A DNA stretch of 63,280 nucleotides, the filler included, from an uncultured Methanosarcinales archaeon (GTDB lineage: Archaea > Nanobdellota > Nanobdellia > Woesearchaeales > CAYMBN01): the NCBI GenBank assembly GCA_964388715.1. It is 4 parts of 4 records of this genome, joined end to end, with 100 filler letters (N's around TTAATTAATTAA, not from the genome) between each part and the next. Parts side by side here need not be neighbours in the genome. Positions count along the whole stretch, not along the records: positions 48,070 to 61,581 come from CAYMBN010000017.1; positions 61,682 to 63,280 come from CAYMBN010000030.1; 2 more parts are not named here. The stretch is one strand, 5' to 3'. Position 1 is the stretch's first letter. Each line of letters opens with the position of its first letter. Made by a program: the position numbers and the translations under genes. Shown here in pieces: positions 53,181 through 63,168 of this stretch. The notes under the pieces were generated by a model that made no database searches, was not told the DNA's origin, and worked only from the letters and a program-made list of their open reading frames with translations.

Positions 53181-53335
53181 ATTAATTTAAATTACATTTA
53201 ATCTATAAAAACCTTTTGAAACTTCAAGCTCTGCTTGATGGTTCTAAATGGTTTAGAACAATAATTCTAAAACCTTTTGAAAAACATAACATTAATAAAG
53301 GAAAAAGGTTACGTTTAGTTTAAGAGAGGTGAACA

Positions 53336-54526
53336 ATGGGACCATTAGTTTATTTGACTTATTTTGCAATTATTATTCTTATTGGTATATTTTGTTCAAT
53401 TATCTCTGATAAACTTAAGATTCCAAATGTACTTCTACTTGTTGTGGTGGGTATTTTACTAAATAATATTCATTATCAAGGTCATCCTTTGATAGAGTTT
53501 CCAGTTATGTTTATAACAACCATTGCAATACTTGCTCTTGTGATGATTGTGTTTGATAGTTGTTCAAGGCTTAAATTTAAGGAGTTTAATGATTTTTCTT
53601 TTAAAGCATTGGAATTGTCGATTGTTTTTTTATTGGTTAATATGGTACTTTTAACTGCTGCAACTTATTACTTGTTTCCTTCAGAGTCTATTTATTTGAT
53701 TCTTATTTTTGCTGCTTTGATGTCTGGTACTGATCCTAGTACTGTTATGATTATGGTGAAAAATAGTAAACATAGGGTTATTGAATTATTAAAAATTGAA
53801 TCTATAATTAATACTCCTTTAATTGTTTTAATACCTTTTATCTTGTTAGATTTTAAAAAATCTGTTCAGAATCAAATTGTTTTTTCAAAGATTGTTGAGC
53901 AAATTACACCTTTTTTACAACAGATAATCACTGGAATTGGTGCAGGTGTTTTAGTTGGAATTATTATATTTAAGTTTATGAGAAAGAAATATTCAAAAAC
54001 ATTTTCACCTTTAGTAACAATTGCAGCTGCATTATTAAGTTATGTTCTTGCTGAGAATATAGGTGGTAATGGTGTTTTAGCTGTGACTGCTTTAGGACTT
54101 ATGTTTGGAAGGGTTTATGTAAGAGAAAAACAACAATTACAGGAATTTTCTTACTTATTTACAGTGTTATTAGAAGTGTTAGTGTTTGTATTAGTAGGAT
54201 TGTTAATAAAAATTCCTCTTAACTGGGGTTTCTTTGTAAGTTCTATTATTTTGTATGTAATCTTCTTAATAATTAGATTTATTTCATTAAATATTTCATT
54301 TCCAGGTAAAGGTGTATTTCGTTTAAAGGAAAAGATATTTATGACTCTGAACACGCCGAAAGGTATTGCTGTTGCAGTTGTTGCAGCTATCTTTGTTACA
54401 CTTGACATACCAGGGATGGCACCTATATTAAATTTAACACTTGCTTTTTTAGTGTATAGTATTATTGTTGCTACAATAACTCTTAAGTTTTCAAAGTTCT
54501 TTTTAAAAACAGAAGTTATAAAATGA
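53336..54526 (+). CDS. Na+/H+ antiporter (CPA1/NhaP-like)
   Basis: GTDP, IES.INTP, GNG.LAV and PKG..VA motifs; multiple TM helices. Confidence 0.85.
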   Translation: MGPLVYLTYFAIIILIGIFCSIISDKLKIPNVLLLVVVGILLNNIHYQGHPLIEFPVMFITTIAILALVMIVFDSCSRLKFKEFNDFSFKALELSIVFLLVNMVLLTAATYYLFPSESIYLILIFAALMSGTDPSTVMIMVKNSKHRVIELLKIESIINTPLIVLIPFILLDFKKSVQNQIVFSKIVEQITPFLQQIITGIGAGVLVGIIIFKFMRKKYSKTFSPLVTIAAALLSYVLAENIGGNGVLAVTALGLMFGRVYVREKQQLQEFSYLFTVLLEVLVFVLVGLLIKIPLNWGFFVSSIILYVIFLIIRFISLNISFPGKGVFRLKEKIFMTLNTPKGIAVAVVAAIFVTLDIPGMAPILNLTLAFLVYSIIVATITLKFSKFFLKTEVIK

Positions 54527-55299
54527 TATTGTTTGGTCCGGCTGGGAATTGTGCAGGAGATATTCTTTCTTCTTTGAAAAGGTTAAAAGAGATTGGTCTA
54601 GGTACAATGGAAGTTGAGTTTGTTCGTGGAGTTAGGATGAGTAATGATACTGCAAAGAAGGTTGGAATATTAGCGAGAAATTTGAAGATTCCATTAAGTA
54701 TACATGCTCCTTATTATATTAATCTTAATTCTGTTGAGAAAGAGAAAATAGAAGCTAGTAAAAAGAGAATCCTTAGAAGTTGTGAACGTGGACAGTTTTT
54801 TGGGAAGTGTTATGTTGTTTTTCATGCTGCTTACTATGGGAAATCAAGTAAGGAAGAAACTTATTATGCAGTTAAACAAGCTGTTATAGAGATGCAGAAA
54901 GTAATTAAAAAGAAAAAGTGGAATGTTATTCTTGCTCCTGAAGCAACTGGGAAAAAATCACAGTTTGGTGATTTGGATGAATTACTTAGGTTGAGGAAGG
55001 AAACTAAATGTGAGTTATGTGTTGATTTTGCTCATCTTAGAGCACGGAACAATGGTAGAATTGATTACAAAGATGTTTTTGATAAATTAAAAGGAGTGAA
55101 GCATATTCATGCACATTTTTCAGGGATTGAATTTACTGAAAAGGGTGAGAGAAGACATTTGTTGACTGAGAAGAAGGATATAAAACTCTTGTTGACGCAT
55201 GTTAAAAAAAGGAAATTGAAAAGTATAACATTTATTAATGAAAGTCCTAATCCTCCTGGTGATGCTTTGAAGATGAAGGAGTATTTTGAAAAGATTTAA
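54523..55299 (+). CDS. nfo: endonuclease IV-like TIM-barrel protein (archaeal nfo/EndoIV family)
   Basis: FGPAG, MEVEFVRGV, HAPYYINL, PE.TGK.SQFG, DFAH, H.HFSGI and ESP motifs. Confidence 0.88.
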   Translation: MILFGPAGNCAGDILSSLKRLKEIGLGTMEVEFVRGVRMSNDTAKKVGILARNLKIPLSIHAPYYINLNSVEKEKIEASKKRILRSCERGQFFGKCYVVFHAAYYGKSSKEETYYAVKQAVIEMQKVIKKKKWNVILAPEATGKKSQFGDLDELLRLRKETKCELCVDFAHLRARNNGRIDYKDVFDKLKGVKHIHAHFSGIEFTEKGERRHLLTEKKDIKLLLTHVKKRKLKSITFINESPNPPGDALKMKEYFEKI

Positions 55300-55324
55300 A
55301 AAAGGAATTGCATTTTCTGTTCTT

Positions 55325-56287
55325 ATGGTAGAATTAATTGATGATTTGGAAAACTTTGGAAAACAGATTGAAGAAGGTATTCAATTAGGTAAGAATATTA
55401 AGATAGAAAGTGATGTGAAGAATATTGTTGTTGCTGCAATGGGTGGTTCTTGTTTATCTGGTGAGATTTTGAAGTCGTATTTGGATTTGGAGATTCCTAT
55501 TGTTTTGAATAAAGATTATAAATTGCCTAAGGTTGTTGGTGAAGGTTCACTTGTTTTTGTGATATCTTATTCTGGGAATACTGAGGAAACATTATCAATG
55601 TTTAAAGAGGCTTTGTTAAGAAAGGCTAAGATTGTTGTTATTTGTGCTGGTGGGAAATTAAAAGAATTGGCTCAGGAGAACAATGTTCCTTTTGTACTTG
55701 TACCATCTGGACATCAGCCAAGAGCAAGTTTTGGATTTATCTTTTTTTCTATACTTAATGTTTTAGTGAGTGCTGGATTAATTGGATTACAGGAAGAGTA
55801 TTATAAAGAATTACTTGAAGTTATTAAAAATTTTCAGTTAAAAGAGTTTTGTAAAGAGATTGCTGAGAAGTTTAATGGAAAAGTTCCTGTTATATACTCT
55901 TCTAAAAAAATGGCTGCTGTTGCATACAAATGGAAGATTGATATTAATGAAAACTCAAAACAGGATGCGTTTTGGAACTTTTTTCCTGAGCTTAATCATA
56001 ATGAAATTAATGGTTTTTTTAAGTTAGTAGGAAAGTATCATGTTGTGATTATTAAAGATCAAGATGATCATGAGAGAATTAAGAAAAGAATGGATGTTAT
56101 GAAACAGTTGGTTGAAGAGAAAGGTGTTGATGTAACTGTTGTTGAGCTTGAGACTGGTTGTTTGTTAACAAGATTGTTTTTTGGGATTTATATTGGTGAT
56201 TGGGTTTCTTATTATCTTGCGCAGAAGAATAATGTTGATCCAACACAAGTTGAGATGGTAGAGAATTTCAAGAGGTTAATAAAGTGA
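55325..56287 (+). CDS. bifunctional phosphoglucose/phosphomannose isomerase
   Basis: MGGS...G, SYSGNTEET, QPR, NENSK and PELNHNE motifs. Confidence 0.93.
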   Translation: MVELIDDLENFGKQIEEGIQLGKNIKIESDVKNIVVAAMGGSCLSGEILKSYLDLEIPIVLNKDYKLPKVVGEGSLVFVISYSGNTEETLSMFKEALLRKAKIVVICAGGKLKELAQENNVPFVLVPSGHQPRASFGFIFFSILNVLVSAGLIGLQEEYYKELLEVIKNFQLKEFCKEIAEKFNGKVPVIYSSKKMAAVAYKWKIDINENSKQDAFWNFFPELNHNEINGFFKLVGKYHVVIIKDQDDHERIKKRMDVMKQLVEEKGVDVTVVELETGCLLTRLFFGIYIGDWVSYYLAQKNNVDPTQVEMVENFKRLIK

Positions 56288-56385
56288 ATGATTGGCTTCC
56301 TATAATTTTGGGTATAGTTGGTTTTGGTGTAATTTGGTTTGTTCTATTCGGTGGCCAGAAAAAGTATAATGAGTTGTTTAAATAA
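56284..56385 (+). CDS. 33-aa single-TM protein, absent from ORF track
   Basis: GTG start overlaps the PGI/PMI stop (GTGA); SD gagg; MNDWLPIILGIVGFGVIWLVLFGGQKKYNELFK*. Confidence 0.55.
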   Translation: MNDWLPIILGIVGFGVIWFVLFGGQKKYNELFK

Positions 56386-56404
56386 AAAAATAAATAAAAA
56401 GAAA

Positions 56405-56482
56405 TCAACCACAACAACAGCATCTTGACTTTTTCTTTTTTGCTGGTTTCTTTTTTCTTGTTGTTTTCTTCTTTTTTGGCAT
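56405..56482 (-). CDS. 25-aa polybasic micropeptide ending CCCCG, absent from ORF track
   Basis: MPKKKKTTRKKKPAKKKKSRCCCCG*; SD GAGGTGA; BRE/TATA cgaaaacttatttaaa upstream; T-rich tract downstream. Confidence 0.7.
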   Translation of the reverse strand: MPKKKKTTRKKKPAKKKKSRCCCCG

Positions 56483-56561
56483 GAGTATCACCTCAGTAAG
56501 ATGAAAATCAGTAACATTTAAATAAGTTTTCGTTATTATAATATTAAAAAAGAGGGATTGT

Positions 56562-58946
56562 ATGGATAAAGATAAGAAGTTGATTCTATGGTTTAATGAG
56601 ATTGGAATAGTTGATGTTCCTTTAGTCGGTGGTAAGAATGCTTCTTTAGGGGAAATGTATGTTAAACTTACTAAAAAAAATGTAAGAATTCCTTATGGTT
56701 TTGCAATTACAGCACATGCTTATAGATATTTTCTTAAAAAAGCTGGGATTGAAGATGATATTAAGAAGGTAATCAAGAAATATAATATTAACAGATTGAG
56801 GGATTTACAAAAAGCTGGTCATGAGGTTAGGAATTTAATTAAAAAAGCTGTTATTCCAATTATTCTTAGGGATGAAATTCTTAAAGCTTACAGAAAACTT
56901 GTTAGAAAAGAAGGTACAAAAGATGTTGCTGTTAGAAGTTCTGCAACTGCAGAAGATTTACCTGATGCTTCTTTTGCAGGACAACAGGAAACTTATCTTA
57001 ACATAACAGGTGAAGCTGATCTTATTGAAGCATGTAAAAAATGTTTTGCTTCTTTGTTTACAAACAGAGCAATAAGTTATAGAGAACATAAAGGGTTTGA
57101 TCATTTTAAGGTTGCATTAAGTATTGGTGTGCAAAAAATGGTTAGAAGTGATAAATCTTGTTCAGGGGTTATGTTTTCAATTGATACTGAGACTGGTTTT
57201 AAAGATGTGGTTTATATTACTGGTTCATATGGTCTTGGAGAAAATGTTGTGCAAGGAAATGTTAACCCTGACGAATTTTATGTTTTTAAGCCAACTTTGA
57301 AGAAATGGTTTAAACCAATTATTTCAAAAAAGGTAGGTAGAAAGGCAATTAAAATGATTTATTCTCATCATGGTAATAAGCCTACAAAGAATGTTAGAGT
57401 TTCATATGAAGATAGAAAAAAGTTAATTATTTCTGATAAAGAGGTTTTGAAATTAGCAAAGTGGGCTTGTATTATAGAAGATCATTATCATAAACCAATG
57501 GATCTGGAATGGGCTAAGGATGGTATTAATAAAAAACTTTACATTGTACAAGCAAGGCCTGAGACTGTTCAAAGTCAGAAAGATTGGAATGTTTTGGAAA
57601 ATTATAAATTAAAGAAAAAAGGAAAGATTTTGGTAACTGGGCAGAGTGTTGGTGAAAAAATTGCATCTGGTAGAGTTAATTTGATTAAAGATGTACACGG
57701 AATTAATCGGTTTAAGCCTGGTGAAGTTTTGGTGACTGATATGACTGATCCTGATTGGGAACCTGTTATGAAGATTGCGTCTGCGATTGTAACTAATCGT
57801 GGTGGAAGGACTTGTCATGCTGCAATTGTTTCACGTGAGTTAGGATTACCTTGTGTTGTTGGTACGTTGAATGCAACTGAGAAAGTAAAAAATTGGAAAA
57901 GGGTTACAATAAGTTGTGCTGAAGGTGAAAAAGGTTTTGTTTATGAAGGAAGACTTCCTTTTAAAGTTGAAAGGATTAATTTGAAAAGTTTGAAAAGGCC
58001 AAAAACTAAAATTATGATGAATTTAGGTAATCCTGAGCAAGCTTTTAATCTTAGTTTTATACCTAATGATGGGATTGGTCTTGCTAGGGAAGAGTTTATT
58101 ATCAATTCTTACATTAAAATACATCCTCTTGCTCTATTGAATTATAAAAAATTGAAAGATAGAAAGGCTAAAAAGAGAATTAATGGGTTAACTTATGGGT
58201 ATAAAGATAAAGCTCAGTATTATGTTGACAAATTAGCAGAAGGTATTGCAATGTTAGCATCTGCTTTTTATCCTAAAGATGTTATTCTGCGATTTAGTGA
58301 TTTTAAGAGTAATGAATATGCTAATTTGATTGGCGGAAAAGAGTTTGAGCCAAGTGAAGATAATCCTATGATTGGATGGAGAGGAGCGTCACGGTATTAT
58401 GATAAAAAGTTTGAGAAAGCGTTTGCTCTTGAGTGTAAAGCTGTTCGAAAGGTTAGGGAAAAGATGGGTCTTGTTAATCTGAAATTGATGGTGCCGTTCT
58501 GTAGAACTGTTGAAGAAGGGAAAAAGGTTCTAAAAGTAATGAAAAAGTATGGTTTGGAAAGAGGTAAGAAAGGGTTAAAGGTTTATGTTATGTGTGAGAT
58601 ACCTGCAAATGTTATTCTGGCAGAGGAGTTTTGTAAGATTTTTGATGGATTTTCAATTGGTAGTAATGATTTAACTCAATTAGCTTTAGGATTGGACAGG
58701 GATTCTGAGTTAGTCAGTCATATTTATGATGAAAGGAATGCTGCTGTTAAGAATTTGATATGGTTTGTGATTGATGTTGCAAAGAAAAAGAAGAAAAAAA
58801 TTGGAATTTGTGGGCAAGCTCCGTCAGATTATCCTGAGTTTGCTAAATTTTTGGTTGAATGTGGGATTAATAGTATTTCTTTGAATCCTGATACTGTGGT
58901 GAAGACTACTCTTGATGTTCTCAAGTATGAGAAAAACAAGAAGTAG
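56562..58946 (+). CDS. ppsA: phosphoenolpyruvate synthase
   Basis: VGGKNASLGEM, VRSSATAEDLP, GGRTCHAAI, NPMIGWRGA and SIGSNDLTQ motifs. Confidence 0.98.
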   Translation: MDKDKKLILWFNEIGIVDVPLVGGKNASLGEMYVKLTKKNVRIPYGFAITAHAYRYFLKKAGIEDDIKKVIKKYNINRLRDLQKAGHEVRNLIKKAVIPIILRDEILKAYRKLVRKEGTKDVAVRSSATAEDLPDASFAGQQETYLNITGEADLIEACKKCFASLFTNRAISYREHKGFDHFKVALSIGVQKMVRSDKSCSGVMFSIDTETGFKDVVYITGSYGLGENVVQGNVNPDEFYVFKPTLKKWFKPIISKKVGRKAIKMIYSHHGNKPTKNVRVSYEDRKKLIISDKEVLKLAKWACIIEDHYHKPMDLEWAKDGINKKLYIVQARPETVQSQKDWNVLENYKLKKKGKILVTGQSVGEKIASGRVNLIKDVHGINRFKPGEVLVTDMTDPDWEPVMKIASAIVTNRGGRTCHAAIVSRELGLPCVVGTLNATEKVKNWKRVTISCAEGEKGFVYEGRLPFKVERINLKSLKRPKTKIMMNLGNPEQAFNLSFIPNDGIGLAREEFIINSYIKIHPLALLNYKKLKDRKAKKRINGLTYGYKDKAQYYVDKLAEGIAMLASAFYPKDVILRFSDFKSNEYANLIGGKEFEPSEDNPMIGWRGASRYYDKKFEKAFALECKAVRKVREKMGLVNLKLMVPFCRTVEEGKKVLKVMKKYGLERGKKGLKVYVMCEIPANVILAEEFCKIFDGFSIGSNDLTQLALGLDRDSELVSHIYDERNAAVKNLIWFVIDVAKKKKKKIGICGQAPSDYPEFAKFLVECGINSISLNPDTVVKTTLDVLKYEKNKK

Positions 58947-59388
58947 TTAACTTTCTTAGGATTCCTTTACCTCCTGGAGTTATTTTTATTCCTTCAATTA
59001 TTTTATCTAATTCTTTCTGTGCTCTTGAATTTGCTTTATCTGTTTGTTGTATTACATACTTGCCACAGGTAATATTATAACGATTAATATCTTTTGTTTC
59101 TAATCTTTCAACTCGTTCAACTATTAAAGCAATTGCAACATCCCTAGGTTCATTTAATTCATGAAAGACTTCAGATCCAAATATTCCTTCATTTGTAATA
59201 TAATAATCTAATGAACCAATTTTTGGTTCTGGTCCTTTTCCAATTTCTCTTTTTCTAATGTATGCACCAACTCTTTTTGTTTCATAATCTTCTGGATGTT
59301 CTTTCCAATTGTTAAATAAAGGACTATTTCCATCATCCAATTTTTCTACTAACTTAAATAGATCATCTTTGGTTAATTCATAAACCAT
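58921..59388 (-). CDS. hypothetical protein
   Basis: SD aggtga before ATG 59388 and a TATA upstream. Confidence 0.6.
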   Translation of the reverse strand: MVYELTKDDLFKLVEKLDDGNSPLFNNWKEHPEDYETKRVGAYIRKREIGKGPEPKIGSLDYYITNEGIFGSEVFHELNEPRDVAIALIVERVERLETKDINRYNITCGKYVIQQTDKANSRAQKELDKIIEGIKITPGGKGILRKLTTSCFSHT

Positions 59389-59509
59389 GATTATCACCTT
59401 TTAGAAAGGATATCTTTCTTTTTTATAAATATTGTTAAATTTTGAAATGTACAAAAACAAAAAACATTAAAATAAGTTCTTCTTTCTTTTTTATGGGGTG
59501 TTTTAAAAT

Positions 59510-60022
59510 ATGAGACCTAATAAAGATGAGTATTATTTAGGGATTGCAAAGGAAATTTCTTTAAGAACAACTTGTCATAGAGTTAAAATTGGTGCTATTA
59601 TTGTTAGGGGTGATCAGATTATTGCTGCAGGTTATATTGGGTCACCTAGGAAAACCAGAGATTGTCTTGAAAGAGGGTTCTGTATAAGGGATAAGATGAA
59701 TATTCCTCATGGTCAAAGGTATGAACTTTGTAGAAGTGTTCATGCTGAGATGAATGCAATCATTAATGCGGCAAGAGCTGGAGTTAGTCTTTTTAATGGT
59801 GATATGTATGTTTATGCAATGGACAAAGATGGAAATCCAATTAACTCTTTTCCATGCTTTTTTTGTAAAAAATTAGTTATTAATGCTGGTTTGAAGAGAG
59901 TGATTTGTTCTACAAAAGAAGGTGGTCAAAAAACATTTGAAGTTAGTCAGTGGATTAATGATTGGCAAGAAGCTGATATTACTGATGATAGGTATCAGTA
60001 TGGCGAGGATCAAAATAAATAA
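59510..60022 (+). CDS. dCMP deaminase family protein
   Basis: MRP..DEYY, HAE.NAI and PCxxC zinc motifs. Confidence 0.92.
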   Translation: MRPNKDEYYLGIAKEISLRTTCHRVKIGAIIVRGDQIIAAGYIGSPRKTRDCLERGFCIRDKMNIPHGQRYELCRSVHAEMNAIINAARAGVSLFNGDMYVYAMDKDGNPINSFPCFFCKKLVINAGLKRVICSTKEGGQKTFEVSQWINDWQEADITDDRYQYGEDQNK

Positions 60023-60029
60023 GAAGTAA

Positions 60030-60254
60030 TTATTCTTTTTTTTGTTGTTCTAGGTTTGCTTTGCTAGGGTATATTCTTTTTACTTCGATTGGGATTACTC
60101 CTGCTTCGAATTCTTTTTTTGCGATTTCTACTACATTATAACCTAAGTTTTCTAGTTCTTTTTTGCTTAATTTTATTAGAAAAGGAGCACCCATTGAAAG
60201 TTGTAATGCTCTAGCACCGATCATACGTGCTCTTTCATATTTGGTTAAGTTCAT
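60030..60254 (-). CDS. rpoK: RNA polymerase subunit Rpo6 (K)
   Basis: TKYERARMIGARALQLSMGAP. Confidence 0.97.
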   Translation of the reverse strand: MNLTKYERARMIGARALQLSMGAPFLIKLSKKELENLGYNVVEIAKKEFEAGVIPIEVKRIYPSKANLEQQKKE

Positions 60255-60438
60255 TGGACTAGGTGAGATGGTTGTTATTTAAAAACCTTTTGGTTTTTTA
60301 TTGTAAAAATACCTTCATATGGTCTGAAATGGTTGTTTTTTATGGTTTGAGCCGAAATAATAGTTTATTCTTCACTCTTTAAGCATAAAGAAAGTTTTTA
60401 TAATCTAAGTGATTTTAAGCTATTTTGGGGGAAGTTAT

Positions 60439-61335
60439 ATGGCTAAAAAGAAGATGAAAAAGAAGTCTAGAGGTGGGTTGTATCTGGGTGTTGACTTAGG
60501 TGGAACTAATATTGATGTTGGTATTGTTAATAAGAGTGGTAAAGTGTTGAGTAAAATTAGGTTTCTTACTGAAGTTAATAAAGGTAAAAAGCAAGTTCTG
60601 AATAATATTTTTCAAGCTATTGAAGAGATGATTAATGATAAGATTAAAGGAATTGGTATAGGTGTTCCTAGTCTTGTTGATAATAAAAAAGGTGTTGTAT
60701 ATGAAACAACGAACATACCTGGTTGGGATAAAATTAATCTTAAACAAATTATTCAAAAGAAATTTAAGAAACCAGTTTTTGTTGATAATGATGCAAATTG
60801 TTTTGTGATGGCTGAGCATAAATATGGTGCTGCTAAAAGTAATAAAAATGTAGTAGGAATTGTTATTGGTACTGGTCTTGGTTCTGGTTTAATTCTTAAC
60901 GGGAAGTTGTATAGAGGAATATTAGGAGCTGGTGGTGAGATTGGTGTAATTCCTTACAAAGGGATTAGTTTAGAAAATTATGCTGCAGGTGCTGCATTAA
61001 AACGGTTGTCTAATTATATGGGTAAAAGAATGAATGCTTCTCAATTATGTAAGTTAGCTGCTAAGCGTAATGCTTTTGCAAAACAGGTTTTTGATGAGTA
61101 TGGAACAAATATTTCTGTTGTGATATCAATGGTTTACAGTATGTTAACTCCTGATATGATTGTTTTAGGAGGAGGAGTTGCAAAGGCATTTCCATATTTT
61201 AAACAATCAATGTTAAGAGAAGTTAAGAAATCAACATTTAATGCATTGAGATCAAAGATAACTGTTGTAAAAGGAAAGGTTAAAGATGCAGGTATTGTTG
61301 GAGCAGCTATGTTATGTTACGAGAAAGGGTATTAA
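60439..61335 (+). CDS. ROK-family sugar kinase (glucokinase-like)
   Basis: GVDLGGT, DNDAN, GTGLG.G and GEIG motifs. Confidence 0.92.
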   Translation: MAKKKMKKKSRGGLYLGVDLGGTNIDVGIVNKSGKVLSKIRFLTEVNKGKKQVLNNIFQAIEEMINDKIKGIGIGVPSLVDNKKGVVYETTNIPGWDKINLKQIIQKKFKKPVFVDNDANCFVMAEHKYGAAKSNKNVVGIVIGTGLGSGLILNGKLYRGILGAGGEIGVIPYKGISLENYAAGAALKRLSNYMGKRMNASQLCKLAAKRNAFAKQVFDEYGTNISVVISMVYSMLTPDMIVLGGGVAKAFPYFKQSMLREVKKSTFNALRSKITVVKGKVKDAGIVGAAMLCYEKGY

Positions 61336-61581
61336 GCTCTGTATGTACTAGCCATTTCTAGTTCTGGAACTAATTCTGGTTTTTCTTGTTCTTCTTGTTC
61401 AAGACGTTGTTTAAGGGTTGCAATAGCATAAGGATTATAATTAGAACTTTTGTATTTACTAAAACCTTTTACAAATTTGTCAAATCCGTCTGTGACTCTC
61501 ATATAAGGGATTAGGGGAGGGTGGTATATAAATGTTTCGGAAAAGTGACCACCCATAAGTAGTGATTAATCTCTCCGCAAA
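61332..61581 (-). CDS. 3' fragment of a hypothetical protein (start possibly lost in linker)
   Basis: Open frame near the contig edge, ending in a convergent overlap with the ROK gene stop. Confidence 0.4.
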
Positions 61582-61681
61582 NNNNNNNNNNNNNNNNNNN
61601 NNNNNNNNNNNNNNNNNNNNNNNNNTTAATTAATTAANNNNNNNNNNNNNNNNNNNNNNNNNNNNNNNNNNNNNNNNNNNN
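61582..61681. other. artificial contig linker
   Basis: N-run, TTAATTAATTAA, N-run. Confidence 0.97.
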
Positions 61682-62093
61682 ACTCAAGCTTAACTGGAAC
61701 AACAGGAAAATTATATGAACTAGTTTTCATATCTTCAATTAATTGGTCTTTTTTTTCTTCGCTACAAACATAAGCTATTTCATGTGTAAAATCTCCACTA
61801 AGATTTGTTGCCCATGCATTTTTTATATCTTGTTGAGTTAAAGTGTGATATCTTTCAGCTTGATCATTTTGTAAACGGCCATCTTTACACTCTATAAATA
61901 CAATATTATTTATTTTTGGATTAATTAGAGAAATATCTGCATGTATTCTTTTATCATCTATTTTATTAAATTGGGGCTCTATTGTTTCAACATAATAGTG
62001 ATTATTGTATAAGACAGGGTTACATCTTCTGTTTTTGTTACACAAACAAAATATGATATTCATCATTTTTGTATGATTAGATAATCCTTTCAT
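61682..62093 (-). CDS. putative PD-(D/E)xK nuclease-domain protein, 3'-truncated
   Basis: HADISL...VFIECK...Q..RY pattern. Confidence 0.55.
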
Positions 62094-63168
62094 TGTCTTC
62101 CCCCATTAATTTTATTTGTGAAGTAAGAAACGTTTGAATATTTGTTACTAATCTTGTTACTACGTTCCCACAACTCTTTGAGTTCAAGTATATAGACATC
62201 CAATTAGGAGTAATTTCCATATTAACTAGGTCATTTGTATGAAGATCTGCCCCAAAAACCCTAATGAAATCCTTATTTTCCATTTGTTTTACTCCAAATA
62301 TTCTAAAAGGGTTTTTAGAAGAAACTAAAACATCAACAAAATGACCCACATCCTCCAAGGGTTTAAGAAAATCTATATAAATAGGTGTACCTGATAATTT
62401 TAATCCACATTTATTTTTTTCCATTGAAAAACGATATTTTGATTCAATTAAAGCCAATTTTTTTGAATAATCCTCTTTAATTTTGTAAATAATGTTAAAA
62501 TGGCTATCTACTGAATTTCCTTTCATTACAGTGAACCTTCCAAAATTAGAGATATTTTCTTTTGTAAACCCCTCTTCAACAGAATAATTTAAACCTATTG
62601 CAGAAAGAGAAACGCCTTGTTTTAATCTGGGGTTTTCTCTTAGATCTGTTATAACTTCTTTTGCTCCACCACCCCAAAACCTCATAGAAACATCCTTCAT
62701 CACTTCATCATCATCTTTTATATTGAATTTGTTTTGAAATTTAATACCAAATCCCGTATTACGACCAAATCCCATATATTTTTCAAGTAAACTGGAAGCT
62801 AACCATAAATAATCTAAATTACTCCCGTTGTTTTCTACTAATTTTTTTATTATATGGTGTGTTGTTTTTGAATCATAGAATGAATGGAGCTTCCAAAAAC
62901 GTTTGTCATCAATGTCTAAATAAAAGTTAAGTAGGGACTTTTCATTTAATCTTGCTTGAAGTATCTTTAAAGTGGGATCTGAAGTGTTTTGTATACTAAA
63001 AAATCCATTAATTGATTCAGAATTCACATTTTGTATATTTGACTCAATAATATATGTTTTTAATTTTTTTTTATAATCTAATTCCTCTTCTCTTTGACTA
63101 TTTTCTATTACAGAGCCAAATATAGTTTTGAGTTCTTTTCGATCATTAACTAGAGGAGCTCTTGGCAT
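62077..63168 (-). CDS. hypothetical protein overlapping the nuclease-like gene
   Basis: 363-aa ORF with upstream TATA and a 17-nt overlap with the downstream gene. Confidence 0.65.
   Translation of the reverse strand: MPRAPLVNDRKELKTIFGSVIENSQREEELDYKKKLKTYIIESNIQNVNSESINGFFSIQNTSDPTLKILQARLNEKSLLNFYLDIDDKRFWKLHSFYDSKTTHHIIKKLVENNGSNLDYLWLASSLLEKYMGFGRNTGFGIKFQNKFNIKDDDEVMKDVSMRFWGGGAKEVITDLRENPRLKQGVSLSAIGLNYSVEEGFTKENISNFGRFTVMKGNSVDSHFNIIYKIKEDYSKKLALIESKYRFSMEKNKCGLKLSGTPIYIDFLKPLEDVGHFVDVLVSSKNPFRIFGVKQMENKDFIRVFGADLHTNDLVNMEITPNWMSIYLNSKSCGNVVTRLVTNIQTFLTSQIKLMGEDNERII

Noticed and set aside
56405..56482. Micropeptide as ribosomal protein eL41
   Set aside because: Same length and basicity, but it lacks the Arg-rich KWRKKR pattern and has a Cys4 tail.
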